Assembly: GCA_963580245.1 (NCBI GenBank)
Contig: CAUZJO010000005.1
Location: 5,020 to 69,019, forward strand
Length of the DNA stretch: 64,000 nt
Origin: Candidatus Sumerlaeia bacterium
GTDB lineage: Bacteria > Sumerlaeota > Sumerlaeia > MVZB01
Direction of reading: 5' to 3'
Both the position numbers and the translations under genes were made by a program. Below the pieces are notes generated by a model that saw only the letters and a list, made by a program, of their open reading frames with translations, was not told the origin of the DNA and made no database searches. This document shows positions 17,611 to 29,406 of the stretch, one piece after another. The first letter of the stretch is position 1. Each line of letters begins with the position of its first letter.

Positions 17611-20223
17611 TCAGATGCCGGTCCCTTCGTCCGAGCCGTCGCTCTTCGGTGCCGAACCGTTCTGCTCGGGGGCGAACGCCCAGTAATGAAAACTGTTATG
17701 ATGGCCGTCGCTCCACGTCATGTTGGTTGAGAGTTTGATTCGCAGCGGCGTGCGACGGACGAGTTCTCCGGAGATGTTAAAGGTCGCCTCGCATGGCCTG
17801 CCCCGTTCGCTTTGGCGCATGTCGCGTCGCAGCGTGCGCGTCGAGGGATCGTCGGGGGTGTGCAGCGCGAAACTGACCAGCCGCACCGCGCGGGGCGGCT
17901 CCGGTTCAACTCCGGGCAGACTCTTGGGCGTGGGGTAATGCAGGTAGGAGCATTCGGCCTGAAGCAACGCGCATCCGGGTCGGCCCGCGCGGGGAAGATT
18001 TCCGACCCCCGCGCGCAACGTCTTGGTGGCGCCCGAGGTGAGCGTATCCTCGGCCAAAACGCGCCCTTGCATGTCTTTGATCCTCACGGTCTGCGTGACG
18101 GTCGAAGGGACGTCCCCGGCCATGACCTCAACGCGAAGCTCCGACGTATCCCGCAGCTCATCGGTGGCCAGATAGAAATGGCCGAACCGGCCTTTGAGCC
18201 AGCGGCCTTTATCATCGGGTCCGAGGATGTCGCGGCCGGCCGTCACCCAGGGGGTCAGGCGCCAGACGCCCGCAGGTTGGCCGTCGACCTCGACGTCGAG
18301 AACCATCGGCGTGTGGTCATGCCAGCCCGGTTCATAACGCGTAACGAGCATCAGGTCGCGTCCGGGCTGGGCCGCCGTCTCGAACGATTCCGACCCGCGA
18401 ATATGCCGGCCCGAGTCCATGACGACGGTCGTCCCCGAGCGGAACGTGTAGGTCCACTCCAATGCCTCTTCGCCGCGCAGCGAGGGTTTGCTCGAGTAGT
18501 CGTGCGCTCGCTCGTCTTCTTTGAGCCCGACGTTCAGGGTATCCACGAGCCGGTAACCACCGGTATCCGCCTGAATCGGCAAACTCCCGCGGCCGACCCA
18601 ATCCCAATCGGGCTGCAGGACCGTCATGCCGTTGCCGACCGAGACTAATCGACCGCCGAGCTTGATATGATGGATGCCCGTCAGGAAGCCGCTCTCGATC
18701 AACTGGGGAAACCAGTGAGGATAGACGACAAAATAGTCGGGGCGCTCCTCGGGGGGCATCGCCTCGATACGGTCCCAGATCGCCATGGGCACGGGCGACT
18801 CGAATCGCGGACTGACCAGACCGATGAGATCGACGATGCGGCATCGACCCAGCCAAACGGTGAACCCCGCGTCGTTGACCGCGATGGCATCGTCGGGCGC
18901 CAGATGCTGGTCCATCCACTCACTCAGCCGGACATGGTGTAGCCGGATCTCTTGCGCCGATTTGGCGAGCACGATTGACCAGTGCGGAATCATCAAGACC
19001 GACAGAAACAACACAAAGCTGCTGAACCAGCCGCGCAACGCCAGCCGCTGATCGATGGCGTGAATCCCGATCGCCATCAGGGGAACGAACACGACGAGGA
19101 AATGGAGGAAGTAGCGGTTGTATTGCCAGTCACCGACAGGCAGTAGGAAGCAGAGCAGTCCCATGGCAAACGTGGCCGGGACGAGGGCGGCCGCCGCCTC
19201 CCAGCCTCGGCCGCTGCGCCGCGCCACCGCGCATAATTTGGCCACGCCGATGATGACCACCAGCCACACGAAGCCTTTAAAGAATTCGGCATACTGCGCG
19301 CCGAAATAACCGAAGCGGAATCGGATCCCCAGCAGTCCGTTGTAAAGCACCTCGATCCAGTCGAACTGACGCCCGCCCGACATCTGACCGGCAAACGCGG
19401 CCTTGGCGCGCAGGCCGCTGGGGATGATCGAGCCGGTCAGGGCGAAATCCAGGATCGGTTTGACCAAAGCGAAGAGTGGGGGGAAGGCGAAGGGGAGCGC
19501 CGCCAGGAAGCCGGATCGCCGCCAAGTTCCCAACCCCAGCAGCAGGCACATCAGCGCCGTCATCAGGCCGCCCTCGGGCCGAACCAAGGCCAGCAGCGAC
19601 GCAACCAGCAGGAAGAGGACTTTTTGCGCCCCGCTTGCCTGACCGGGCACGGGCATCAGCGCAAGCGAACCGGCCAAGAGCGCGCTGAACAGCGCGATTT
19701 CCATCCCGCTAAAGATCCCCCACTGGAGCGAACCCGACGTGAGGAAGAACAAGCCCGCCAGGAAGGCCCAATCCGTCCGGTCGCTCAGCCGCCGCACCCA
19801 ATGGAAAACACCCCATGCGGCAAGCCAATAGAAGACGCCACCGGCAACCAGCGCGATCCAGAGCATCGCCGACTGTGGCGCGCCGGCGAGCAGAAACAGT
19901 GCCAGGAAGGCCGGATAGAGGAAACTGGTCGCGCCGCGAACATATCCCTCGCCGGGTACGAATTCCAGCAGCCGTCCTTCGGCCAGCGAACGCGCGAAAA
20001 CCAAATGGATATAGGTGTCATCGATCGCGGGGGCCAATTCGCCGGCGTAGGAGCGGATCATGCCGATGTGCAAGCCGGTCAGGCCCGCCGTGATCACCAG
20101 GCTAATCCATAAGTAGCGGCGGCAGGTCATCGGTGACATCTTCTCTGGGTTTCGTTTGACGCGCGCGGAAGGTGAACCCGCTTGCAAACCTAACGAACCT
20201 TGCGTGCGCTCCATGGCACTCAA
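17611..20223 (-). CDS. large polytopic membrane protein, N-terminal ~400 aa with 10 or more TM helices (putative GT-C glycosyltransferase, PMT/ArnT-like) plus a ~470-aa soluble C-terminal domain
   Basis: Hydrophobic N-terminal half with a DDTYIHL motif in the first loop (DE-x-x-H/Y-like). The true start is probably an internal Met near 20139. Confidence 0.45.
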   Translation of the reverse strand: MSAMERTQGSLGLQAGSPSARVKRNPEKMSPMTCRRYLWISLVITAGLTGLHIGMIRSYAGELAPAIDDTYIHLVFARSLAEGRLLEFVPGEGYVRGATSFLYPAFLALFLLAGAPQSAMLWIALVAGGVFYWLAAWGVFHWVRRLSDRTDWAFLAGLFFLTSGSLQWGIFSGMEIALFSALLAGSLALMPVPGQASGAQKVLFLLVASLLALVRPEGGLMTALMCLLLGLGTWRRSGFLAALPFAFPPLFALVKPILDFALTGSIIPSGLRAKAAFAGQMSGGRQFDWIEVLYNGLLGIRFRFGYFGAQYAEFFKGFVWLVVIIGVAKLCAVARRSGRGWEAAAALVPATFAMGLLCFLLPVGDWQYNRYFLHFLVVFVPLMAIGIHAIDQRLALRGWFSSFVLFLSVLMIPHWSIVLAKSAQEIRLHHVRLSEWMDQHLAPDDAIAVNDAGFTVWLGRCRIVDLIGLVSPRFESPVPMAIWDRIEAMPPEERPDYFVVYPHWFPQLIESGFLTGIHHIKLGGRLVSVGNGMTVLQPDWDWVGRGSLPIQADTGGYRLVDTLNVGLKEDERAHDYSSKPSLRGEEALEWTYTFRSGTTVVMDSGRHIRGSESFETAAQPGRDLMLVTRYEPGWHDHTPMVLDVEVDGQPAGVWRLTPWVTAGRDILGPDDKGRWLKGRFGHFYLATDELRDTSELRVEVMAGDVPSTVTQTVRIKDMQGRVLAEDTLTSGATKTLRAGVGNLPRAGRPGCALLQAECSYLHYPTPKSLPGVEPEPPRAVRLVSFALHTPDDPSTRTLRRDMRQSERGRPCEATFNISGELVRRTPLRIKLSTNMTWSDGHHNSFHYWAFAPEQNGSAPKSDGSDEGTGI

Positions 20224-20637
20224 TGACCAACGTAGCGTTCGACAAGGGCGATGTCGATGATCTTGCGGATCGAGGTGGCGCGTGGCAAGACGCCGCCCGC
20301 CGATCTCAATGCGCCGTTTGCCCCCTCATGTCCCGTTGTTCATGCTCGATCAAGTTTTCGGTAACGAAAACCCGGGTACCTACCGAGGCTGTAGCGGAAT
20401 TCAATACATGCCCCCTCTTCGAGAGGAGCAAGGTCATGCAAGATCGTCGGGTACGTGATTCCTGAATCGTAATCTCCCAGTGCTATCGCATCGAAAACGG
20501 TGATCCTCGTCAGGAGCATCGCCGCGTAGCCGCCGAGCTCGCGGCCTTGGGGGAGTCGGACAACGACGGGAGGCAGCGAACGTTCCGCCGCATCCTCAAT
20601 TGGTTCATCATCAACGTGGAGCCTGGCCGCGATATCT

Positions 20638-23600
20638 TTGGTGAGCTCGAAGATTCGGCCGAGCCACCGGCAATATCAGCGAAGACACCGACATCAACGG
20701 CGTCGGCGTCACGCTCACCGAATCGTTGGCCTCCTTCTGCGCCAACATCCCCGGCAGCGGCACTGCGCTCTCGCTTCGCATCACGGTGCACGCGGACGGC
20801 GGCTCCGAGGAGGTCGCTTTCGATCACTTCAGCGTCGAGTCGGAACCCCCGCCGGGGCCGGAGATGGATGTCTCGGGCAATGGCATGTCAATCCCCGACG
20901 GGGACGTCACCCCGCAAACCGCGGACGACACCGATTTTGGCAGCGTCCAGTTGGACGGCGAGACCAACGCCAACACGTTCACGATTTCGAACACCGGCGG
21001 CGCCGATCTGAACCTGACCAGCGGCCCCCTCCCCGCGTTGCGATCAGCGGAATGTACGCCTCCGACTTTGCGCTGACGACCGACGCAACGACGCCGGTCG
21101 CCGCCGGCGGCGGAACCACGACGTTCACGATTACGTTTGACCCCAGCGCCGTCGGTCTTCGCGCCGCCACGGTCGGCATCGATAACGATGAAGCCGATGA
21201 AAACTCCTATAACTTCGATATCCAGGGGACCGGTATAGCGTCCGTCCCGGAGATCGACGTCTCGGGCAACGGCATGTCCATCCCCAACGGCGACACCACG
21301 CCTCAAGCCGCCGCCGACACCGATTTCGGTCAACATGACGTATTAAGCGGAGCACAAACGAACACCTTTACCATCACGAACTCCGGATTTGCCGTTCTGA
21401 ACCTGACCGCCGGCCCGCCGCTGGTGGCAATCGGCGGGACCCATGCCTCCGACTTTACGCTGACGACCGACGCGACGACCCCGGTGGCCAGTGCCGGCGG
21501 GACGACGACCTTCATGATCGCATTTGACCCGAGTGCCAATGGCTTGCGCGCGGCGACCGTCAGCATCGATAACGATGACGCCAACGAGAACCCCTACACC
21601 TTCGACATTCAGGGCAAGGGGATGGGGGAAGTCATCTGGACCGACGATTTTGAATCAACGGCGCCCACCAGCGGCGACCGCGACGCGCCGAACCACGCCG
21701 ATATGGATAACGGGGAAATCTGCGCCGACGGGGACTATTTCGTCAGAACCAGCGACCCGGGTGACGGGACTACCAATGGTTTTGATCAGACGTTCTCCAA
21801 CATCCAGGACAGCAACTATTGGCGGGCGGAAGACCTGAATGCCTGTATCACCAATCCGGACGTGATCAACTGGACGGGCATGGACATCACGGGCCGGACC
21901 GACCTGTTGTTCACCGGGTTCTTCGGCGCCAACGCATTGTTTCTTGGCGGCGCGTTCAATGCGGATGATTTCATTCGGGTCGAAGCCGATATCGACGGTG
22001 GTGGGTTCTCGACCATTCTTGAATTCCAAGGTGATGAAAAGAGCGGGGCGGGATCGAACGGTGACTTACGACAGGATACCGATTCCAACGGCGTCGGAGA
22101 CGGCGTCCTTCTGATCGAGGCTTTGGCGTCCTTCTGCGCAAATATCTCGGGGACCGGAACTGCTCTGTCCGTTCGTATTACGGCATCGGTTAACAGCGGT
22201 TCGGAGGAGATCGCCTTTGATCACTTCACGGTGGAATCGACCCTGCCCGAAGCCGACCTCTCGATCACCAAAGTCGACGACAATGATCCGGTGCTGGCCG
22301 GCGACACGTTGACTTATACCGTGACGGTCAACAACGCCGGGCCCAGCATGGCGGAGAACGTGGTTGTGACCGACACGTTGCCGATGGGGGTGACGTTTGT
22401 TTCCACCAGTGGGTGCGCTGAGGATCCGAGTGGCGTGATGACCTGTACGCTCGGCAATATCGCGGCGGAGGGGTCGGCGCAATATACGATTGAGGTGACG
22501 GTGGACGCGGGGACCAGTGGGGTTATTCCGAATCAGGCGTCGGTCGCCTCCGACACCGGCGATCCGGACACGGGCAACAACACGGTGAGCGAAGACACGA
22601 CGGTCTTCCAGGTTGATTATGGCGACGCCCCCGATCCGCTGTTCGCGGTGGCGGGGGAGTATCCGACATTGTTGGTCAGTGACGGGGCGCGGCACCTGTT
22701 GGATGGGACGACTTTCCTGGGCACCGCCGTTGACGCCGAGTTCGACGGCCAGCAGAGCGCGATGGCCGTCGGCGACGACACCGACGCGGGCGGCGACGAC
22801 GAAGACGGGGTGATGTTTACCACCCCCCTGGTCACGTGCGAGACGGCCGGAGTGATGGTCGAGGCCTCGGTGGCGGGTCTGCTCAATGCCTGGGTGGACT
22901 TTAACTTCGACGGCGACTGGTCGGATCTCGGCGAACAGATCTTTACCGACATGCCATTGGCGGCGGGCCCCAACTCGCTCATGTTCAGCGTTCCCTGCGC
23001 GCAGTTCACACCGAATTTGACTTACGCCCGGTTCCGTTTCGACAGCGGCGGCGGGCTCTCGCCGACCGGTTCAGCCAGCGACGGCGAAGTGGAGGACTAC
23101 ACGGTGCAGATCCTCGGCTTGGACTTCAGCGACGCGCCCGATCCGCTCCTTCAGACCCCCGGTCAATATCCCACGCTCGTGAGCTCCGATGGCGCGCGAC
23201 ATGTCCTCGACGGCGGAGCCATCCTGGGCGAGCACATCGATCCGGATGCGGACGGCCAACCCAACGCCGCTGCCGATGGCGACGATACCGACGGCTTCGA
23301 CTTCGACGATGAAGACGGCGTGACCTTTACGTCGGCGCTGGTTACGGGTTTCACGGCGACGGTGGACGTCGAGGCCACGGCGGCCGGATTGCTCAACGCC
23401 TGGGCTGATTTCAACGCCGATGGCGATTGGATCGACGCCGGCGAGCAGATATTCACCGATGAGCCGCTGGCGGCGGGCGTCAATAGTCTCACTTTCTCGG
23501 TGCCGGCGGACGCGACGGTTGGATCGACCTACACCCGCTTCCGCTTCGATCAGGGCGGCGGACTCGCCCCCGATGGCATTGCCACCGATGGCGAGGTCGA

Positions 23601-24633
23601 GGATTACCAGGTCCAGATTGCGCCGAGCGCCGACTTGTCGATCAGCAAGATCGACGACGTGGACCCGATCGTGGCGGGCAATACTTTGACGTATACCGTC
23701 ACGGTCAACAATGCGGGGCCGCAAGACGCGGTGGATGTTGTCGTGACCGACATGTTACCCGCGGGCGTGACGTTCGTTTCGAGCAGCGGCTGCGCCGAGG
23801 ATCCCAGTGGCGTGCCGACGTGTTCGCTCGGCAACATCGCGGCGGGCGGATCGGCGCAGTTTACGATCGAGGTGGCGGTCGATCCCATGAGGGTCGGCAC
23901 GATCACGAACCAGGCCAGCGTCAGTTCCGACACCGACGATCCCGACACGAGCAATAACTCGGTGAGCGAAGACACGGAGGTCGTCCCGCCGATCACTTTG
24001 ACTAAATCTTTCACCGATGATCCGGTCTTTACCGGCGACGCCGTGACGCTCGAGTTTACGATTGAGAATCTCCTCGCCAGCCAATCCATCAGCGACATCT
24101 CGTTTACCGACGACCTGGATGTAGTGGTGTCGGGGCTGGTTGCGGTTGGACTGCCGCTGAGCGATGTTTGCGGGGCGGGCTCGCAAATCGCGGGCACGTC
24201 GCTGCTGACTTTCACCGGTGGGTCGCTCGCGCCCGCGCCCTCGTGCACCTTCTCGGTCACGCTTCAGGTCCCCGCCGGTGTCTCGGCCGGGAGCTTCACG
24301 AACACCACAAGCACGATTACCGGACTGTTGGGTAGTTTCACGGTAACGGGCAATTCCGCGACGGATGATCTGGTCGTCGAAAGACCGATGGCCGACTTGT
24401 CGATCAGCAAGGCCGACGATGTCGATCCGATCGTGGCGGGGAATGTTTTGACGTATGTGTTGACGGTCGATAACGCCGGGCCGCAGACGGCCGAAAATGT
24501 TGTCGTGAGCGATACGTTGCCGGCGGGGGTTACGTTTGTTTCGAGTAGCGGGTGCGCCGAAGATCCCACCGGTGTGCCAACGTGTTTGCTCGGCGACATC
24601 GCGGCGGGGGGGGTCGGCGCAATTTATGATTAG
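20638..24633 (+). CDS. giant repetitive surface protein, part 1 (DUF11 repeat domains plus GEVED domains). The 5' region is disrupted by frameshifts near 20665 and 21025-21034.
   Basis: Repeated LSITKVDDxDPVxAGxTLTYTVTVNNAGP (DUF11) and DGEVEDYTVQI (GEVED) modules. Homologous coding runs upstream in two other frames (20466-20665 frame 0, 20645-21076 frame 2). The first ~130 codons of this frame are nonsense. Confidence 0.55.
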   Translation: MVSSKIRPSHRQYQRRHRHQRRRRHAHRIVGLLLRQHPRQRHCALASHHGARGRRLRGGRFRSLQRRVGTPAGAGDGCLGQWHVNPRRGRHPANRGRHRFWQRPVGRRDQRQHVHDFEHRRRRSEPDQRPPPRVAISGMYASDFALTTDATTPVAAGGGTTTFTITFDPSAVGLRAATVGIDNDEADENSYNFDIQGTGIASVPEIDVSGNGMSIPNGDTTPQAAADTDFGQHDVLSGAQTNTFTITNSGFAVLNLTAGPPLVAIGGTHASDFTLTTDATTPVASAGGTTTFMIAFDPSANGLRAATVSIDNDDANENPYTFDIQGKGMGEVIWTDDFESTAPTSGDRDAPNHADMDNGEICADGDYFVRTSDPGDGTTNGFDQTFSNIQDSNYWRAEDLNACITNPDVINWTGMDITGRTDLLFTGFFGANALFLGGAFNADDFIRVEADIDGGGFSTILEFQGDEKSGAGSNGDLRQDTDSNGVGDGVLLIEALASFCANISGTGTALSVRITASVNSGSEEIAFDHFTVESTLPEADLSITKVDDNDPVLAGDTLTYTVTVNNAGPSMAENVVVTDTLPMGVTFVSTSGCAEDPSGVMTCTLGNIAAEGSAQYTIEVTVDAGTSGVIPNQASVASDTGDPDTGNNTVSEDTTVFQVDYGDAPDPLFAVAGEYPTLLVSDGARHLLDGTTFLGTAVDAEFDGQQSAMAVGDDTDAGGDDEDGVMFTTPLVTCETAGVMVEASVAGLLNAWVDFNFDGDWSDLGEQIFTDMPLAAGPNSLMFSVPCAQFTPNLTYARFRFDSGGGLSPTGSASDGEVEDYTVQILGLDFSDAPDPLLQTPGQYPTLVSSDGARHVLDGGAILGEHIDPDADGQPNAAADGDDTDGFDFDDEDGVTFTSALVTGFTATVDVEATAAGLLNAWADFNADGDWIDAGEQIFTDEPLAAGVNSLTFSVPADATVGSTYTRFRFDQGGGLAPDGIATDGEVEDYQVQIAPSADLSISKIDDVDPIVAGNTLTYTVTVNNAGPQDAVDVVVTDMLPAGVTFVSSSGCAEDPSGVPTCSLGNIAAGGSAQFTIEVAVDPMRVGTITNQASVSSDTDDPDTSNNSVSEDTEVVPPITLTKSFTDDPVFTGDAVTLEFTIENLLASQSISDISFTDDLDVVVSGLVAVGLPLSDVCGAGSQIAGTSLLTFTGGSLAPAPSCTFSVTLQVPAGVSAGSFTNTTSTITGLLGSFTVTGNSATDDLVVERPMADLSISKADDVDPIVAGNVLTYVLTVDNAGPQTAENVVVSDTLPAGVTFVSSSGCAEDPTGVPTCLLGDIAAGGVGAIYD

Positions 24634-27289
24634 CGTGACCGTCGATGTCGCGACGGTGGGGACGGTTACGAATCAGGCGAGTGTTTCTTCGGATACGGAT
24701 GATCCGGATCCCTCGAACAACTCGGCGAGCGAGGACACCGAGGTGCTTGCGCCCGAGATTGATTTGCAGATCGCCAAGGACGACGGCGGCGTGAGCGCGG
24801 ATGCGGGCGAGACGGTGGTGTATACGCTTGATTACGCCAACGCGGGCAACGTCGAGGCGACCGGCGTGGTGTTGACCGAAACGTTGCCGGATCACACGGC
24901 GTTTGACGCGGCGGGCAGTTCGGCCGGGTGGATGGATCAGGGCGGTGGGGTTTATACGTTGGACGTCGGCGCGCTGGCCGCGGCCGCGAATGACACGGCC
25001 ACGTTTGCGGTGACGGTCGATGATCCGGTGGCGTCGGGCGTGGAGCGCATCGAGAACGTGGCGAGTATCGCCGACGACGGGGCCAGCGGGGACGATGTGA
25101 ATCCCGACGACAACTCGGCTTCGGACACCACGGCGCTCAGGACGTATCACAATCAGTTGCCCGTGGGCTTCGAGGACCTCAAGGACGGGTCGCCCAATTT
25201 CAACGACTTCGATTACAACGACGTGGTCTTGCTGGTCGATCAGACCGAGCACTACAACGATCAGCATCAGTTGACCGGCCTGAGTCTGCGCATCGAGGCG
25301 ATCGCGCGCGGCGCGGGCTTCGAGCATGCGGTCCAGCTTGACCTGGGGATCGATGGCGACGCGCAGGTCGAGATCCGGCGTTTCGACGCCGGCGGCGGGT
25401 CGCTCGGCGCCGAGATGCTCAACGAGGTCGGCGCGCCGATCCGCGGGCTGGTGGTCTTCCCCTCGACCGCCGACGCCCTGCCGCCGTTCGCCGGGGCCGA
25501 CGGGTGCTTCACCAACACCGAAGCGGGCCAGCCCGCGTCGATGCGCACACCCGGATTCGCCACCGAGATCGAGCTGACCAATCCCGATCCCACGCTCAAC
25601 CCGCGCGTTTTCGACGACCCGGCCACCACGTTCGTCAACGAGCACGACGCGGGGCTCTACGGGTTCAACATCCTGGTCAGCCAGACCGGCAACATGATCT
25701 ATCACACCTGGGATTTCGACACGGCGACCGAGGACGTGGTCTCGGGGACGCAGTATCCGGGCGAGCCGCTGGCCAGCTTCCCGCTGGAGCAGGCCTTCGT
25801 GCTGCCGACGGACTGGAAGCACCCCCTGGAGACGGTCCAGATGTGGGATTCGCACCCCGATTTCGAGCCGTTCATCATCTCGGGGCGCACGACCAACACC
25901 GATTGGCCGCTGGCCAACGTCCGCAGCGACCGGGTCTGGCCGCCGGAGGGCGAGACAACGAGCCTAAACCCAACTAAATCAACGTCCGAGATGGCTGGCG
26001 CGAAGGCCGCCTCGCCGATCCCCGCCACGCCCATCTTCGGCGATCTGGACGATGACGGCACGATCGAGATCGTCTACGGCAAGTTCCTGAACCTGATCGA
26101 GATCTACGACGCGCGCGGCTATCGCCGCCTGGCCATCGACCCCTTCCCCGACCAGCTCGTCGACTCCCAGTCCAGCACGGTGCTGGTCGACCTGGACGGC
26201 GACGGCGACGGCGACCTGGAAATCGTGCGCTGCTACGATAACGGCGCGGTCGTGGCCTATCACCACGACGGGACCGAATACCTGCCCGCCACGGGCGAGC
26301 GGCTGGTCCTCGAAGGCGCGATCAAGGGCACGCCGGCCGTGGGCGACCTCGACGGCGACGGTGCCCCCGAGCTGATCGTCCAGACCGGCCACAACCGGCT
26401 CCATGTGTTCAGTCGCGACCTGGCGCCGCTGCCCGGCTTCCCCGCGGACCTGGGCGGCGCTTCGATCGACATCGGCGGCCACTACTTCCTGACCCCCTCG
26501 CCCGCGCTGGCCGACTTGGGCGGCGACGGCGCGCTCGAGATCATCGCCGTTAGCCTCTCGGGCTGCGTTCACGTGCTGAGCGGCGCGGGCGCGACGGTGC
26601 CCGGCTGGCCGGTCGAGCTGGGTGAACGCGTCATCGCCAGCCCCGCCATCGGCGACCTGAACGCCGACGGCCTGATCGAGATCGTGATCGCCACCGAAAA
26701 CGGGGCGGTCCACGCCCTGACCGCCGACGGCTCGGCCCTGCCCGGCTGGCCCGCCCACCGCCTGCGCGGCGGCACCTCCTCGCCGGTGCTGGCCGACACC
26801 GACGGCGACGGCCGCCTCGATGTCTACATCGGGTCCTACGACGGCCAACTCTACGCCTTCGGCCACGACGGCGCGCCGCTGGCGGACTACCCGCGCCCCA
26901 CGCGCTCGGTGATCCACGCCTCCCCGTTCTTCGCCGACTTGGACGCCGACGGCCACCCCGACCCCTTGTCCGGCTCCGACGCCGGCGCGCTCTACCAGTT
27001 CAACGCCCCGGGCCCCCACGGCACCCCGCCCCAAGCCCTGACCCAAACCCCCAGCCTGATCATCACGGCGGGCTCGGTGGGCGACGTGGACGCCGACGGC
27101 CTGCTCGAGATCGCCATCGGCAACCACGACGGCCACCTGCGAATCATCCAAACCGACACGGCGGCCCCCTTCGACAAAGCCCTGACCTGGAACGGCCTAC
27201 GCGGAACAGGCCTCAACCAAGGCCAAGCCCCCACCCAACCCATCCAAGGTGCCCGCAACCGCGCGCGATATTGGGAGCTGTATCAATAG
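24536..27289 (+). CDS. giant repetitive surface protein, part 2 (DUF11 repeat, LruC domain, FG-GAP beta-propeller). Continuation of 20638..24633 after a +1 shift in a G8 tract.
   Basis: The frame joins at GGGGGGGG 24606-24613, where homologous copies read GCGGCGGAGGGGTCGG. LruC motif VGFEDLKDGSPNFNDFDYNDVV. C-terminal PGWP/FG-GAP repeats. Tail ...RYWELYQ. Confidence 0.55.
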   Translation: MFRVAGAPKIPPVCQRVCSATSRRGGSAQFMISVTVDVATVGTVTNQASVSSDTDDPDPSNNSASEDTEVLAPEIDLQIAKDDGGVSADAGETVVYTLDYANAGNVEATGVVLTETLPDHTAFDAAGSSAGWMDQGGGVYTLDVGALAAAANDTATFAVTVDDPVASGVERIENVASIADDGASGDDVNPDDNSASDTTALRTYHNQLPVGFEDLKDGSPNFNDFDYNDVVLLVDQTEHYNDQHQLTGLSLRIEAIARGAGFEHAVQLDLGIDGDAQVEIRRFDAGGGSLGAEMLNEVGAPIRGLVVFPSTADALPPFAGADGCFTNTEAGQPASMRTPGFATEIELTNPDPTLNPRVFDDPATTFVNEHDAGLYGFNILVSQTGNMIYHTWDFDTATEDVVSGTQYPGEPLASFPLEQAFVLPTDWKHPLETVQMWDSHPDFEPFIISGRTTNTDWPLANVRSDRVWPPEGETTSLNPTKSTSEMAGAKAASPIPATPIFGDLDDDGTIEIVYGKFLNLIEIYDARGYRRLAIDPFPDQLVDSQSSTVLVDLDGDGDGDLEIVRCYDNGAVVAYHHDGTEYLPATGERLVLEGAIKGTPAVGDLDGDGAPELIVQTGHNRLHVFSRDLAPLPGFPADLGGASIDIGGHYFLTPSPALADLGGDGALEIIAVSLSGCVHVLSGAGATVPGWPVELGERVIASPAIGDLNADGLIEIVIATENGAVHALTADGSALPGWPAHRLRGGTSSPVLADTDGDGRLDVYIGSYDGQLYAFGHDGAPLADYPRPTRSVIHASPFFADLDADGHPDPLSGSDAGALYQFNAPGPHGTPPQALTQTPSLIITAGSVGDVDADGLLEIAIGNHDGHLRIIQTDTAAPFDKALTWNGLRGTGLNQGQAPTQPIQGARNRARYWELYQ

Positions 27290-27406
27290 GCCAGGCGGAC
27301 CATAGAGCGACGAACAGTCAATGGGTGGTCCGATCCTGACTGTCGAACCCGCGGCCCGTCATTTATCGCGTATCGCGCGTCGAGTCGAACAAATCGATTC
27401 GGCGCG

Positions 27407-27901
27407 TCAATCGGCCGAGCTGATTTGGACTTCCAGGCCGTCGGGGTCATCGAAGTAGACCCTGTTGGCGGTGCGGCGCATGCGGGCGTCGAAACCCGCG
27501 GCCTTGAGTTTCTCCTCGGCCGCATCGGGGTCATAATCCTCGATCTCGAAACAAAAATGGTCCATGCGCGCCTCGTCGCCCTTGAACAGGGCGAGAAAAT
27601 CGTGGCCGCAATTCAGAAAGCAGCTACTGTCGCCGCCGTCGCGGCTGACGGTCAGGCCGAGGCACTGGGCATAAAAGTCGCGCGAGCGCGGCACGTCGGT
27701 CACGCGCAGGGCGACGTGGTCGAGCCCGACCGCCTGAAACGTGCTTCCCTCCTCGGCGGCGGCACCTCGCCCGACCCCGCTAAGTAACGCAACCAACCCT
27801 CCCAGGTGCGTAACCAGTTGCCGGCGGCTTAGCCGCCCCGACTCAAATTGCCCGATCAGTCGATCGATCCGTGTGTCCATAATGAACCCTTCCGTTTTCA
27901 C
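27407..27901 (-). CDS. VOC (glyoxalase/bleomycin-resistance/dioxygenase) family protein with a Tat-like signal (SRRQLV)
   Basis: VOC fold motifs (LDHVALRV, HFCFEIEDYD). N-terminal twin-arginine-like motif followed by a hydrophobic stretch. Confidence 0.65.
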   Translation of the reverse strand: MKTEGFIMDTRIDRLIGQFESGRLSRRQLVTHLGGLVALLSGVGRGAAAEEGSTFQAVGLDHVALRVTDVPRSRDFYAQCLGLTVSRDGGDSSCFLNCGHDFLALFKGDEARMDHFCFEIEDYDPDAAEEKLKAAGFDARMRRTANRVYFDDPDGLEVQISSAD

Positions 27902-28048
27902 TGAGTTTTATTGATTGAAATTGATACCCCTTCCGCGGACCACTGGCAATCATGGAGCGTTTCCGTTATTCTCGATAGTGTAGGCGATTGGCTGGCGATT
28001 GACCGAATCCCCCCGATACCCATCCGCTCAAGAAGGGCCGGCTTCTGA

Positions 28049-29119
<1,071 letters not shown>

Positions 29120-29406
29120 GCATTTGAAGGAAAGAGATGCGTTCGCCGCCCAAGCCGGGGGATGGGTCGTCTCATTGGGCGGGCCGGTGCCAAAGGAACC
29201 AAACGTCCGGCTCGCATGTCAACATGAGGTGAATGATTCTCCGACGCGGTCTCCGCGCGGATTCGGCACGTAGTTCCATGTTCTCGACACCGTCGGAGAG
29301 GACCATATCGGCCGTCGATCCATTTGCGTGGCTGACAATTTGGCTGTTGGGTTTATAGTTGGTTATGGTGACCCGTTCGTTTGATCAGCATGAGACATTG
29401 AGTTGG

